DNA of 64,000 nt from Entomortierella parvispora E1425 (lineage: Eukaryota > Fungi > Mortierellomycota), in contig BQFW01000001.1 in NCBI GenBank assembly GCA_020891255.1, positions 1,984,001 through 2,048,000 on the forward strand, in the 5' to 3' direction. The notes below the pieces were generated by a model that saw nothing but the letters and a program-made list of their open reading frames with translations, ran no database searches and was not told where the DNA came from. Below, piece by piece: positions 1-11,292 of the stretch. The translations under genes and the position numbers were made by a program. Position 1 is the first letter of the stretch, and each line of letters opens with the position of its first letter.

Positions 1-204
1 GGATCTAACAAGATTGTCAAGGACGAGGCCGAGGCTCGTGCTCGCGCCTTTGATTTCACCTTGAAGGTCGAGAGTGCCCGCGTCCGTGATGTCTATGGTG
101 CTCCCAACTCTGAGTTTGCCAACTTCGAGGTCATCCGCAAGGTCAACCCCTTCAACCCCAACCGCATCCAGGTTGTCATTGTCAACGATGCCCTTGGATA
201 CTAA
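1..204 (+). CDS. LUD-domain (LutC/YkgG-like) protein, paralog 1, C-terminal fragment truncated by the window edge
   Basis: Frame 1 reads GSNKIVKDEAEARARAFDFTLKVESARVRDVYGAPNSEFANFEVIRKVNPFNPNRIQVVIVNDALGY*, closely matching the C-terminus of the ORF at 2777-3667. Confidence 0.8.
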   Translation, partial: GSNKIVKDEAEARARAFDFTLKVESARVRDVYGAPNSEFANFEVIRKVNPFNPNRIQVVIVNDALGY

Positions 205-976
205 ATATTCACGCGCGCGCGCACACACACTCAAAAAAGATAGACATGTTCTCCGTTTCAACTTGTACACAAAACCCACCAATGATCGGAGGTGCGCGTT
301 TTTTTTACCCATGCAGCAACAATAAAAAAGTACCTGTTTCCTTGTATCTTGATGTTTGGCACAGCAATTGAGCAAATGTGGGAGAGTTGTTGGTCAGGAT
401 GAAAGCGAAGATAGAATGCGGAGCTCTTGATCTACACGAACCCCTCCTGTGGATCGTGAGTCTCCTCACTGGATTAGACACAAACGGTGTTTCCACACGC
501 AGCAGAACGATGCAGGACGAATGGTGTCCGTTGATTTTAATAAATACACCTGCATGCCTGATGCTGAGGGTAAAAAATGATTATGATGAATCACAATCGG
601 CTTATTTTCACGAAGGGCTTATGTCCAAGGCTGCCCATTGAACGAGATCTTGGCTCCTCCCCAAGTTCCTTCCTCTCGACCGTGATGAATAATTGGCCCG
701 GTACAAGCCACCGCCACCACAAATTAGGTTTCGCCTGACATAAATGAGAAGAATGCGAGACGAAACAGGCTGACAATTGCATGAAAATCCAGGTGGGTTC
801 ACATCGGGATACAGGCAACTATAACGGATGACTGACAACCTTGACAGATCTGGACCGATGATCAAAGTGCCACACCGTCAGCTATAAAAGCAATCTATTC
901 TTGACCACCCCGCATTCATTTTTGTTCTCTTTTATTCCTTCTTCTCCAATTGCACCCATCACCATCCTCATCAGTC

Positions 977-1923
977 ATGAATATGAATTTTGTACGCGCT
1001 CAGGCCAACACGATCGTCAGCCGATCCATTGTCCGCTCATCCCTGGCCCACCATCGCCCAGCCGCTGCAGTGTCTACTGTGGGAACATGGCGTCAGAACT
1101 TTTCGACTTCTTCCAACGCCAAGAATATCCCCAAGAGCACCTTTGGCGATGTGACCTTTGCCAGCTTGGCAGAGAATGACGAACAGCTGAAGCCTCTCAA
1201 GGATTCCCACTACCTCAAACCCGCCAGCGATGCCACGATAGCAAAGACGAAGGCGGCTTTGGAAAAGCGAGGTTTCAAGGTTCATATCGTCAAGGACAAA
1301 GCAGAGGCTTTTGAAAAGGTCAAATCCTTGATCCCAGCAGTAGGTGTTCTTGCCCGTTTTACTTTTGTTCTTTAGAAAAGTGCACCACATAGCGCGTCTC
1401 TCTCTGACCAATATTTATGTTTACTTTACAGGGTGCATCGTTGAACACGGCCCACTCCACCACTTTGGAAGAGATCTCATTTGTAAACTACTTGATTGAT
1501 GGCAAGCATCCCTGGAACAACCTCAAAGGCGTTATCATGGCCGAGAAGGACAAGGCAAAGCAGGCGATTCTCCGTCGAACTCTTGGAACAACGCCCGATG
1601 TGTTCTTGACTTCCATGTGTGCGATTACTGAGAATGGAGAGCTAGCCCATGGTGACAACTCGGGCACCAAAGTCGGAGGTGTCAGTTATGGTGCAGGCAA
1701 GGTCATTGTCGTGGCTGGATCCAACAAGATTGTCAAGAATGAGGAGGAGGCATGGAAGCGTGTTACCGACTTTTGCTTACCGGCCGTGAGCGCGTATGGC
1801 CGCAAGATCTTCAAACAGCCAGAGACCTTCATCACCAACTACCAGGTACTTCGTCAAGCAAACCCTATTGAGGCGCCAGATCGTCTGGAGGTTGTCCTGG
1901 TAAAAGAATCTCTTGGGTTCTAG
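977..1923 (+). CDS. LUD-domain protein, paralog 2, with predicted mitochondrial presequence; 2 exons (977-1339, 1432-1923)
   Basis: GT-AG intron 1340-1431 joins IPA|GAS, matching IPAGVS in paralog 3. Shared motifs: AHSTTLEEI, AITENGELAHGDNSGTKVGGV, VVAGSNKIV, ending SLGF. The N-terminus is Arg/Ser-rich with no acidic residues. Confidence 0.8.
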
Positions 1924-2627
1924 AAGTGTAGAGTTCAGATGTATAGTACAGTAGATAGAATAGTTTTAGCATGTCCTTCCAAAGTTCAGAAATGGTTCAT
2001 AAACAAAATTACAAAGAGCAATTTCGTCGTTATTCACTCCTTTTTTTTTTACGCGGGAGCGTTTGAGTGTCGTTATTTTCCAAAGGAATGACACAATCAA
2101 ATCAGGGATTGGGTTTCTACGACTTTTCACTGGGGCATGTGCTTCCATGTTTCCACGATACAGTAGCCACCGTGCGCGACTTGTCATTGTCGTAAGGATG
2201 GCACCGATGCGGACTGGAAGAGGATTAACCTTTTCGTTGAGTCCCTGGTGCCAAAACGCCGCCTGTCACCACCAATGGCCCGGAAAAAGAAAAAGAGAGT
2301 TGAAGGTCAGCTCAGCAAGCATTCCTCGCTGACAAGTGGACATTGGACATTTTCCAGCAGAACGTGGTGGAAGGGTGAGCAAATCGAATCTTGCAGGCGG
2401 TGGAAGCCCTTGATTGCTCATCGCAGCCAAGCCACCGCTTTTTAGCGTGACCCACACCGCTCTCAAAGCCTGTTTTCGGCTTGATTTCAAAGCGCCCACA
2501 CCGCGATCCTGCACCCGTCCACTCAGCGTGCGGCCTCCCTGCAGGGCTCTGTGCGATAGTGGTAATCAACGTTGACTTCAAGCACCGACCAGGACGGAGC
2601 TCAGACGTGGTCAACCATGTCCAAAGA

Positions 2628-2635
2628 TATATAAA
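2628..2635 (+). promoter_or_regulatory. TATA box of LUD paralog 3
   Basis: TATATAAA about 140 bp upstream of the ATG, followed by a pyrimidine-rich leader. Confidence 0.5.
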
Positions 2636-2776
2636 GGGTCTGCTTGTCCTTGGCCCCCCTCCTTCATCTCAACCAACCGACCTCATCAAGCCTGCCTTGT
2701 CTCCTTTGCTCTTTGAAAAACACTCAAACACTCTTTCTCTTTCACAACTTCACCCACATCACCAACCCTTCTCACC

Positions 2777-3667
2777 ATGCCTTCCGTCATCAAGTCTATC
2801 AAGAAGTTCTTCAAGTCGGACTCGAAGTCCAAGAAGACTGCCGCTGCTGCTGCTCCCGCTCCTGCTGCTGCTAAGCCTGCCCCCGTCAAGACTGCCGCTG
2901 CTGCCGCTGCTGCCCCCGTTGCCACCGCTGCCCCCGTCTTGGAGGCTGTTGAGGTTGCCGCCCCTGCTCATCCCGAAAACACTAACACCAACCACACCTT
3001 CGAAGCACTTGTCAAGGCCGATGCCCAATTGGCTGTTCTCGCCGATCATAAGTACACCAAGACCGCTTCAGCTGAGCGTGTCGCTGCCGCCAAGGCTGGT
3101 TTGGAGGCAAACGGTTTCAAAGTCCACGTCGTCAACGGAAAGGGCGAGGCTTTTGAGACCTTGAAGAGCTTGATCCCCGCCGGCGTCTCTGTCAACAACG
3201 CCCACTCCACTACCTTGGAGGAGATTGGCTTCATCACCTACCTCAAGGGTGAAACCGCCTGGAACAACGTCCACGCCACCATTTTGGCCGAGAAGGACAT
3301 GGGCAAGCAGGCTGAGCTTCGCCGCACCATTGGATCGACTGTCGATTACTACTTGACCTCAATGTCAGCCGTTACCGAGGACGGAAAGTTGGCCCATGCT
3401 GATCTCTCTGGCTCCAAGGTTGGAGGTGTTGCCTTCGGTGCTGCCAACGTCATTGTCGTTGTTGGTACCAACAAGATTGTCAAGGATGAGGATGAGGCCT
3501 GGACCCGCACCAACGAGTTTGCCTTGGCTGCCGAGAGCGCTCGTGCCCGCGATGCCTATGGTGTCCCTGCTTCAGCCATTGTTAACTACGAGGTGATCCG
3601 CAAGGCCAACCCTTTCAACCCCAACCGCATCCAGGTCCTCTTGATCAACGATGCCCTTGGATTCTAA
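2777..3667 (+). CDS. LUD-domain protein, paralog 3, intronless, with Lys/Phe amphipathic N-terminus and Ala/Pro linker
   Basis: 296-aa ORF with strong codon bias. The core (ASAERVAAAKAGLEANGFKV...AVTEDGKLAHADLSGS...VVVGTNKIVKD...ALGF) resembles bacterial LUD/lactate-utilization C-type proteins as I recall them. Confidence 0.8.
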   Translation: MPSVIKSIKKFFKSDSKSKKTAAAAAPAPAAAKPAPVKTAAAAAAAPVATAAPVLEAVEVAAPAHPENTNTNHTFEALVKADAQLAVLADHKYTKTASAERVAAAKAGLEANGFKVHVVNGKGEAFETLKSLIPAGVSVNNAHSTTLEEIGFITYLKGETAWNNVHATILAEKDMGKQAELRRTIGSTVDYYLTSMSAVTEDGKLAHADLSGSKVGGVAFGAANVIVVVGTNKIVKDEDEAWTRTNEFALAAESARARDAYGVPASAIVNYEVIRKANPFNPNRIQVLLINDALGF

Positions 3668-4395
3668 AGAGTTTTTTTTTATTCCATCCCCTACTTTGCA
3701 ACGCCCTGTACATCACAATCTGTAATTCATACTTCTTAATAATAAATACCATTGAATTGACCTATTAAACGCGCTAGTATCGTCTTCTGGAGATGCGTCT
3801 ACAGGCCTTGGAAGTCCACGGTGTCTCATTTGGATGAACTGATGCCTTAGAAAGCTTCGCCCCGTAGATAACCTCAAATTCCGACTCTAGGTTGTTGCAA
3901 GGCGAGAGCAATTGAGCAATGGCCCCCAAAGTCCAACGACCAAAGGGAGATAATGCACCAAACAGTCTACCACGCACATACCACCCACCCCTCCTCTATC
4001 CAGACAGCAGGAGAAAGCAATAACATGGTATTATTCCGTTGGAAGCACTCAATGCCAAAGGAGACAAACCTTAACTCCGTTGGTGAATCCTCGGTAACGG
4101 TGGATTCTCGGTAGACGTGTATTTATATCTGACGTCCTTCGTCATCCAGCAGGGCTACTGTGTCAGGATCCCTTCCATCTAGCCTCACTCCAAGCGGACT
4201 CACTTGCGACGGCGACTAGTTCCCCACGATTTGGTATAAAAGTCAGCTCAGCAAGGAGGACGCCTTGATTTTCCTTCTTTTTTTTTCTCTTCAGACATTC
4301 TCCTCCCCTTCCAAAGCCCTTACGCTTCACAATCTCAAACGCCTCTCTCGCCCAGTGTCCCTCAACTCCTAATTCACCTCTCCCTAATCTTTATT

Positions 4396-5001
4396 ATGAA
4401 GTTCTCCGTTACTATCGCTGCCTTGGCCCTTGGTGCCACTCAGGTTATGGCGGTCATCCCTGAGCCTGTCAAGGAGTGCACCAAGTCCGTCATCGTTTCT
4501 GGTATGACGTCGCTTGAGCCTCGTTGGAGACTTTTGGGAATTGTAGGCACGTCAGCTTTATTCATCAATCTAATACCGCTCTTCAATTGATCAGTTGCCA
4601 ATGATACCTGCGTGGCCTTTGCCGGCAGACATGGCACCACCTTTGACGACATGTTGAAGTGGAACAACAAGCTCCGTAAGGACTGCCTTAACCTCGACTT
4701 TGGTCACCCCATCTGTGTCTCTATCACCCAGGGTGAATGCTGCCTCAACATGACTGAGCCAGCTGGACCCTCCACCCCAGTTACCCCTCCCACCAGTGCC
4801 GTTTCAGTGACTCTCCCTGCCACTTCTGCCCCTCCTCCTTCCGGCACTGGTACCTCGGTCACTCCTAAGCCTACTGGCGGTCCCTCCACGACTGGCACTC
4901 TCCCACCTGCCAACACCCAGACCAGCGAGGCCGCTGGTGTCAAGGGCTCAATGATGATCGCTGCCGCTGGCGTCTTGCTGTCCGTCGCTTACATGCTCTG
5001 A
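4396..5001 (+). CDS. Secreted LysM-domain protein with Ser/Thr/Pro stalk and GPI-type C-terminus; exons 4396-4501, 4595-5001
   Basis: Signal peptide MKFSVTIAALALGATQVMA. Spliced LysM-like CTKSVIVSVANDTCVAFAGRHGTTFDDMLKWNNKLRKDCLNLDFGHPICV. Hydrophobic tail AAAGVLLSVAYML. Confidence 0.8.
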
Positions 5002-6645
5002 GATACACAAAAAGAAATGGAAGGACCTAGCGCGAGACAAACAACAAAAGACTAGACAGTCTAACCTGTACACCGAAAAAGTGAGCCCCTGGAGGGAACA
5101 ACTTTTTTTTGGGGGCTGGAAACTTTCATATTCACTTCCTCAGTGCATGTTCTCTAATACCCTCTTCATAAAAATGCATTGACGTCATTACACTCTCCTC
5201 TTTGTAAACGGCTGCCCCTGCTTGAGAAACAGAAACAAGAACCCTTCTTTTGTACTCGTATGATTCACGCTCCATGACTTTATTTGCCTTTAGAGTGGAG
5301 AAGACCCAGACTTGAGAAGGCATACCGCTCTCTTCTTCTCTCTCCTTTGACCTCTTTCGTCAGTTGCCCTCATTGTCAAGCCCTGTGAAGGCCATAGAAA
5401 GATACAAGTCAGTCGGCTGGGCAGCAGGAGAAGAAGAAAGAGGAGAATGTGACGGATGAAAAAAAAAAAGAACTTGCGCTCTCAACTTTGTTGTTTCTCG
5501 GTGTTCCATTTTTTTCATTTCACTCAACTGCACTGTACCAGGTTCCTCCAAGACTCCACGCGCGCACATCCACCCCTTTGGAGGCGGGACGTGGGGGTGC
5601 GGGGCCAGCTGCTCTCTCTCTCTCTCTCTCCTCTTTCCATGCTGCTCTGAAATGGTGAGACAAAGCAACCAAGTCGATCTACTCGTGGCGATGTTTGAAT
5701 GAGGGGAAGAGGGGCACTGTGCCGGCGGTGCGCCACTGACCTGAATAGAGTTCAATTGCATTTGGGTCATCCTGCCCGTGACGACGACCCGAGAGTGAAT
5801 CTCGAGCAAGGGAGTCTCAGTCTGCATGTGCAGTACCGAGGCTAGCACTTTCTGTTTGCTTTCCTAAAGAAAGTCCGAAGTCGCAGCTGTCATCTTGTCT
5901 TTCTGTTCGCCGGCTGAATATGTATCTTGAGATCGATATCCAGTTTTCTGGACACACAGAGTTTTGCCCGTTGGACATTATTATTGACTTTGTGCAACAG
6001 GAGGACAAGACAACAGCTCTGCTGGTACAAATCTGTCCAGGCGCACCAGATAATCTTGATGCCCAGCGCCCGACGGGGAGTACTGTTGTCTCCAGGGTGG
6101 TTGGCAAGGATATTAGGTATGCAGACAACCTGGAGCTGTGTGCAGTAGCCTGCTAAGCCTGTAATCCTATTCAAGAGACGGCCATATCTGGCTGCCAACC
6201 CTCCTTTCTTCGATGAGAGCGCAAAGGTGCTTATTTTGTTCTCAACGCCCGTACCCAAAGAGGCAGAGGAGAGCCCTTTTTGAGAAATCCCCTGGGTTTG
6301 CTCTGCCCAATTGGACTCTCGCCCTGATATTTGGAGCAAGAGAAGAGTGCCATTCACCAAGAAAAGGCCAGAACAGACCTCTTTGTGAGCTCCATGCCTC
6401 TTTCCCGGCTGTCGTCCTCGGGGCGAGGTTGGGGCGCGCTGTCAAGGATAAAAACAACCTTCTCCTCTTCTCTTCTCTTTTCTTTTTCTTGTCATTCCTC
6501 ATTCCCTACCCTATCCCTCACGCCATTCCCTGCTTTTCCACTTTTTTGCTACAATAAAAAAGACCCCTTCATCACCTTTCACCTATCTTCGACCGTCCTA
6601 GACCTCCCTTCTACCCTCTACCTTTCTACCCTCCAATTACTCATC

Positions 6646-7443
6646 ATGAAGTTCACTCTCTCTGTCGCTGTCCTCGCCCTCGCCGCCTCCCAGGCCATGG
6701 CTGTTGTCCCCACTCCCATTAAAGGATGCACCAAGACCGTCATTGTCCAGCGTACGTTGTCAGTTCGTCGTTGCATCTCTTTATCACAAGAAAGATCTTT
6801 GCTGCCACGCTACCCTTCTCGATGCTGACCCATCCATACCCGTTTTTACTCTACCAACTCAATAGCCACCGACCTCTCTTGCGTCGACTTTGCTACTGCT
6901 AACGGCTGCACCTTTGACGACTTGCTGAAGTGGAACACCAGACTCAGCAAGGCCTGCGACAACCTCGGTAAATACTCAATCATTTTCTCGGCTCATCACT
7001 CAAATTGAGATCGCTACCATGAGGGGGAATACTTTCTTTATGAAAAAGTCACCATTACCTAACCACTCATTCGCCCCTTGTCCCTTGAACTAACGGTTCG
7101 ATCATTTTTCTTTTCTTCCCAAATATAAGACGTTGGCGCCCCCATTTGCGTTTCAATGACCCAAGGTGCCGCCAGCACTGGTGCCCCCACCAATGTCCCC
7201 ACCACCGCTGGACCCGCTCCCACCAACCCCGCTGGCTCTGTTCCCCCCACCAGCGCAGTAGGTACCCAGACCTCTGCTCCCGCAGGCGGCGCTACTGCTC
7301 CCGCCGGTGCGACTTCGTCCACTGCAAGCTCTGCCACCACTGCTCCTCCTAGCCCCAAGGCCACTAGCAGCGCCTCTGGAAGCAAGGCTTCGATGGCCCT
7401 TGCTGCTGCCGGTGTTCTCTTGTCGGTTGCCTATATGCTTTAA
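6646..7443 (+). CDS. Secreted GPI-anchored LysM protein, paralog 2; exons 6646-6751, 6866-6967, 7130-7443
   Basis: Signal peptide, then CTKTVIVQPTDLSCVDFATANGCTFDDLLKWNTRLSKACDNLDVGAPICVS after splicing two GT-AG introns. Same AAAGVLLSVAYML tail as paralog 1. Confidence 0.8.
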
Positions 7444-8412
7444 AGGATCTTTGATTGCATACCACGTTAGATGAATGAATAAAAAAAATGATGCAGTAAT
7501 ATAATCTGACACTCCAAAACTCCCGACCCATGTGCCATGCCCACGTCGGTTTTCTATCTTCTTGATCGAGTGGACCCTCTTGTCACTATGACTTCTTGCT
7601 GGTCTGCAGATGAGCACCTCCAGCTAGTGGCAGGTGTGAACAGCTCTCTCTCTCTCTCTCTCTCACGTTCCCGAGCAAGTTCTCGCGTCGGTTTCGGTCA
7701 AGATGTCTTATTTTCATCATAGGCAAAAACTGGCTAAAAGGCGCCTCCAGGTCCTAGAAAGAACGGAACCGGAGAAGTACGTCGTCTTGGCTCCTTCAAG
7801 TCCAAAACTCCATACTTTCATGAGGACTGGTGTTCCGGGTGATAAATAAGACTAAAATAAAAACCCTCGGCCCTCGAGCTGGACCCGGCAGATTGGTCCT
7901 TTTCAGTGCACGTTCTCTTGTGGGGCCTCTTATTCTCTTCAAGCGTGCACATTCGAGGCACTCTTGTGCGATAGTTGGGACAGCAATTATAGACGCATGT
8001 CGTTTTGAGGAGTTGAAAGATCAACTTCGGTTGCTGCTATTTACCCTCCTAACATGGCTGAACTCCCGGTAACATACATCTCCTCACTACTACAGGTACA
8101 GTTCTACTTTTGGCCACTGTGTCTCTATCAGGAGCTGATGCAGTCCATTAAAAGAGCTCTCTGCTGGAAACCGGTCTAAGGCTGGAACAGGTCTGATTTG
8201 GGGATTGATTCACTCACAGCGCTGGTGCAGGTTTAGGTAGTAGGACATTTCTCCGATGACCCAACAACTCTCAGACAGCGAATAACAAACAAAAGTAGTT
8301 GGAAGGTCAACCTTCTTTATTTTTACAATCAACCCTCGCGCAAAGGAAAAGATAGGTTCCTCGATCGGTCCATCTTCCTTCCGAGTTTTCCACACAGCTG
8401 TTTTTTTTCCCT

Positions 8413-10275
8413 TTAAAGCTTTGACTTCACCGATTCCTCGCCGTCCTCTTCTTGAGCAATCTCAAGAGCCAATCCGAAGACCGACTCGACCATCGCAGCA
8501 TATACCTTGGCCTCTGCAGAACTGGCCTGGCCTCTCGCCACACGAGCCTTAATACCATGCAAAATCACAGCCAACTAGTTTGCAGGAAAAAAAAGTATAG
8601 ATTTAGCGACAAGTTTTTTCCGTGAATTTTTTGCGTTCATATCTGTTGTTGCTAGATCAAACCACGAGACTTACTCTGAAGAACGAGAACGCAATACAGA
8701 ACAGCCAGTTCTTAATAGGGAATGGCCTGGAGGTTTGTTGACAATAACGCTCGAGCAGTACGTTGACAGGGGGGATGGGCAACTCGTTCTCTGGGATGCC
8801 TCGTAGTCCTCCCATGGGACTGCCAGACATCGCGGGAACGTAGTAAGGGTTCAAAAGGTTGGCCAGATCCGAGAATGGATGACCGATTGTTGAAAGCTCC
8901 CAATCCAGAATTCCAATTACACGAGGTTCCGTTGGGTGAAAGACCAAGTTATCCATCTAAAATACAAGAAAAGGACAAGACATGGAGCAATTGAGTACAG
9001 AGTCCCTTTCCGAACAAGAGTCAAAAGGGCACGGCACACACGCATAAAAGGTACCTTATAATCACCATGGACGATCGATGTCGAATCTGGCACCTCGTGG
9101 CTCTTGAACCAGGCCGACAACTCTTCCATGCCCTCGATCGCTCCAACTTCAACACCATCCTTGTCCTTGGCAGCCGCCTGAGCAGCAGAGACTTTGGTCA
9201 AGGATCCAATCTGGCGACGGTAGAATCCTGCTGGCTTTCCATAGCCCTCCAATCCAACGGATTTATAGTCCACCTTGTGCAATTTTGCCAAAGTATCCAC
9301 GGCGGAAATCCAGCTATTGTCATTCAATTGAAGGGGCACGTTTATCAGCATTCTACTTATTACTTCTGCAGCAATGAAAAAGCAGAGATGTCTGTGTCTG
9401 CACAAGCTCCTACCATAGTTTACGCTCCTCAAAGGGCAACTTGCTCAAGGTCACATCCGAAAAGATACGTCCCTGCAAAAACTCCATGACCTAGGAGACC
9501 CGCAAGAAACCACATGGTCAACTCCCATCGAAAGTACATTCTCATCAATTGCTGTGTAGTATCAACGATAAAGACGACAGAGATACAGCATAGTAGCTTC
9601 TCTCGTGGAATGCCGGGATTGTAGTTTCTTTTCTTACATAGAACGGCGTTCCAATGACAGATGCATCCTCGCAAAGGGTATAAACTTTAGGAACAGGGAC
9701 ATCTGAGTTCTCGCCCAGGGCCTTCAAGATCCTGAACTCTCTCTCGACGGCATGGGCAGTCGACGACAAGAGTGCTCCAGCAGGCTTCTTTCGAAGGACA
9801 TAACGAGTGTTGCTGTCAAGGAAATGATACATATTAGACCAATGGCTTTTGCCTTGCTCCGGCTCCAGCTCCACAAAAGGGAAAACATTGAGAATCCTCA
9901 CTCTAATACAGCTCAACATTTGAATCCATGAAAAAAACATACTTGGCATCGGTCAAAAGGTAGGTAGGGTTGCTTTGTCCGAGCTTGAACTGAGATACCT
10001 TGACAGGTGTGGCGAATCCTGGGACATTTTTGATCAGGTAAGGCTCAAGCAATGCTGGCTCAAGCTGATATCTGGGGTGTAGTCAATTAGAAGGGTGTCG
10101 TTAGCCAAGGTCCAGCTTGGGTAGGAGCGAGGGGTCACGGAGCGAACGCCGCCTTTCCTGACCCGAGAACTCGTATTTCATTCTGCATGTTGAATGCATG
10201 CAAAGTCTAATGAATAAAAGAAAAGTACCCTTTGCGCACATCTGTTGTGCTCTGACCATGCTCCTTGGGCGCCAT
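8413..10275 (-). CDS. Phosphotransferase (APH/choline kinase-like) family protein, stand-alone ACAD10/11 kinase-like domain, with PTS1; multi-exon
   Basis: Exons encode [58 protein letters not shown]. The last exon ends ...EESVKSKL*. Confidence 0.85.
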
Positions 10276-10752
10276 TGTGGAATGAGATGAAAGGGATAAG
10301 ATGGGATTGGGGAGCAGTGAATGAATGAATTGAGAAGTAGAAAAAAGAAAGAAAGAAAGAGAAAGAGAGGGAACGGCTCGCGTCTCTTCGAGCGATCCAA
10401 TCCAGTGTGGGGTACGGACACACACAGACACACGGACTGCACACAACCGATCACATCACAGCCCGCACACGGCCCGGCTTCGACGGCCAGCGCTCCGACT
10501 TGATCAAGACACAGACAAGGTTTCCCCGTCTTGCTCTTTCCCTGGAGGTGATCGGCGGGGTATGGTTGTAGACTATGTTTGTTGAAAACAAATATATCAT
10601 GGGTGGCAGCAATTGATGAGTACGACGACAACACACATCCACAAGAACATCTTCATCCTGTCAAAGACCAGCGTTTTTATTGAATCCGCATCATAAGGTG
10701 GGTTAAAAACAGTGTGGTCCCAAACTTTTTAAAAAAAAAGGAAAAAAGCTGC

Positions 10753-11257
10753 TTAGGCACGACGCTTGTCCTGGGGCTTGGCAAGGAAGTCGGTGTACTG
10801 CTGGTAAGGCGACATGGTGAACTTGGTCTCGGCCCAGAGGTCGGGGGTCAAGTAGCTGTAGGTGTTACCAATGGCAGCGAAGGTGGCCTTGACAAAGTTG
10901 CCCAAGGTGCGGGTGGAACCGAAAGCCTGGGTGTAGCAGTCAGTGACACCAGCGAGCTGGAGAAGCTTCTTGGGGACGGGGGCGGCGACGATGCCGGTAC
11001 CGCGGGGAGCAGGGACCAAACGGGTGACGGCGGAACCGCACTTTCCGGTGACCTTGCAGGGAACGGTGTGGGGCTCGTTCAAGATGGAACCCCAGTATCC
11101 GCGACGGACGGGGATGACCGAGAGCTTGGCGAGGATGATGGCACCACGGATGGCAGTGGCAACCTCCTTGGAGCACTTGACACCGAGACCGACGTGGCCG
11201 TTGGAGTCACCAATGACGACGAAAGCCTTAAAGCGGGTACGCTGACCGGCACGGGTC

Positions 11258-11292
<35 letters not shown>

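Noticed and set aside
5360-6560. ORFs between the two LysM genes (e.g. 5890-6360, 5920-6156)
   Set aside because: No recognisable motifs or codon bias; consistent with chance intergenic ORFs.
8020-8300. Short exon-like segments downstream of the APH kinase gene
   Set aside because: Splice-like signals are present, but the frames end in nearby stops with no supported start.
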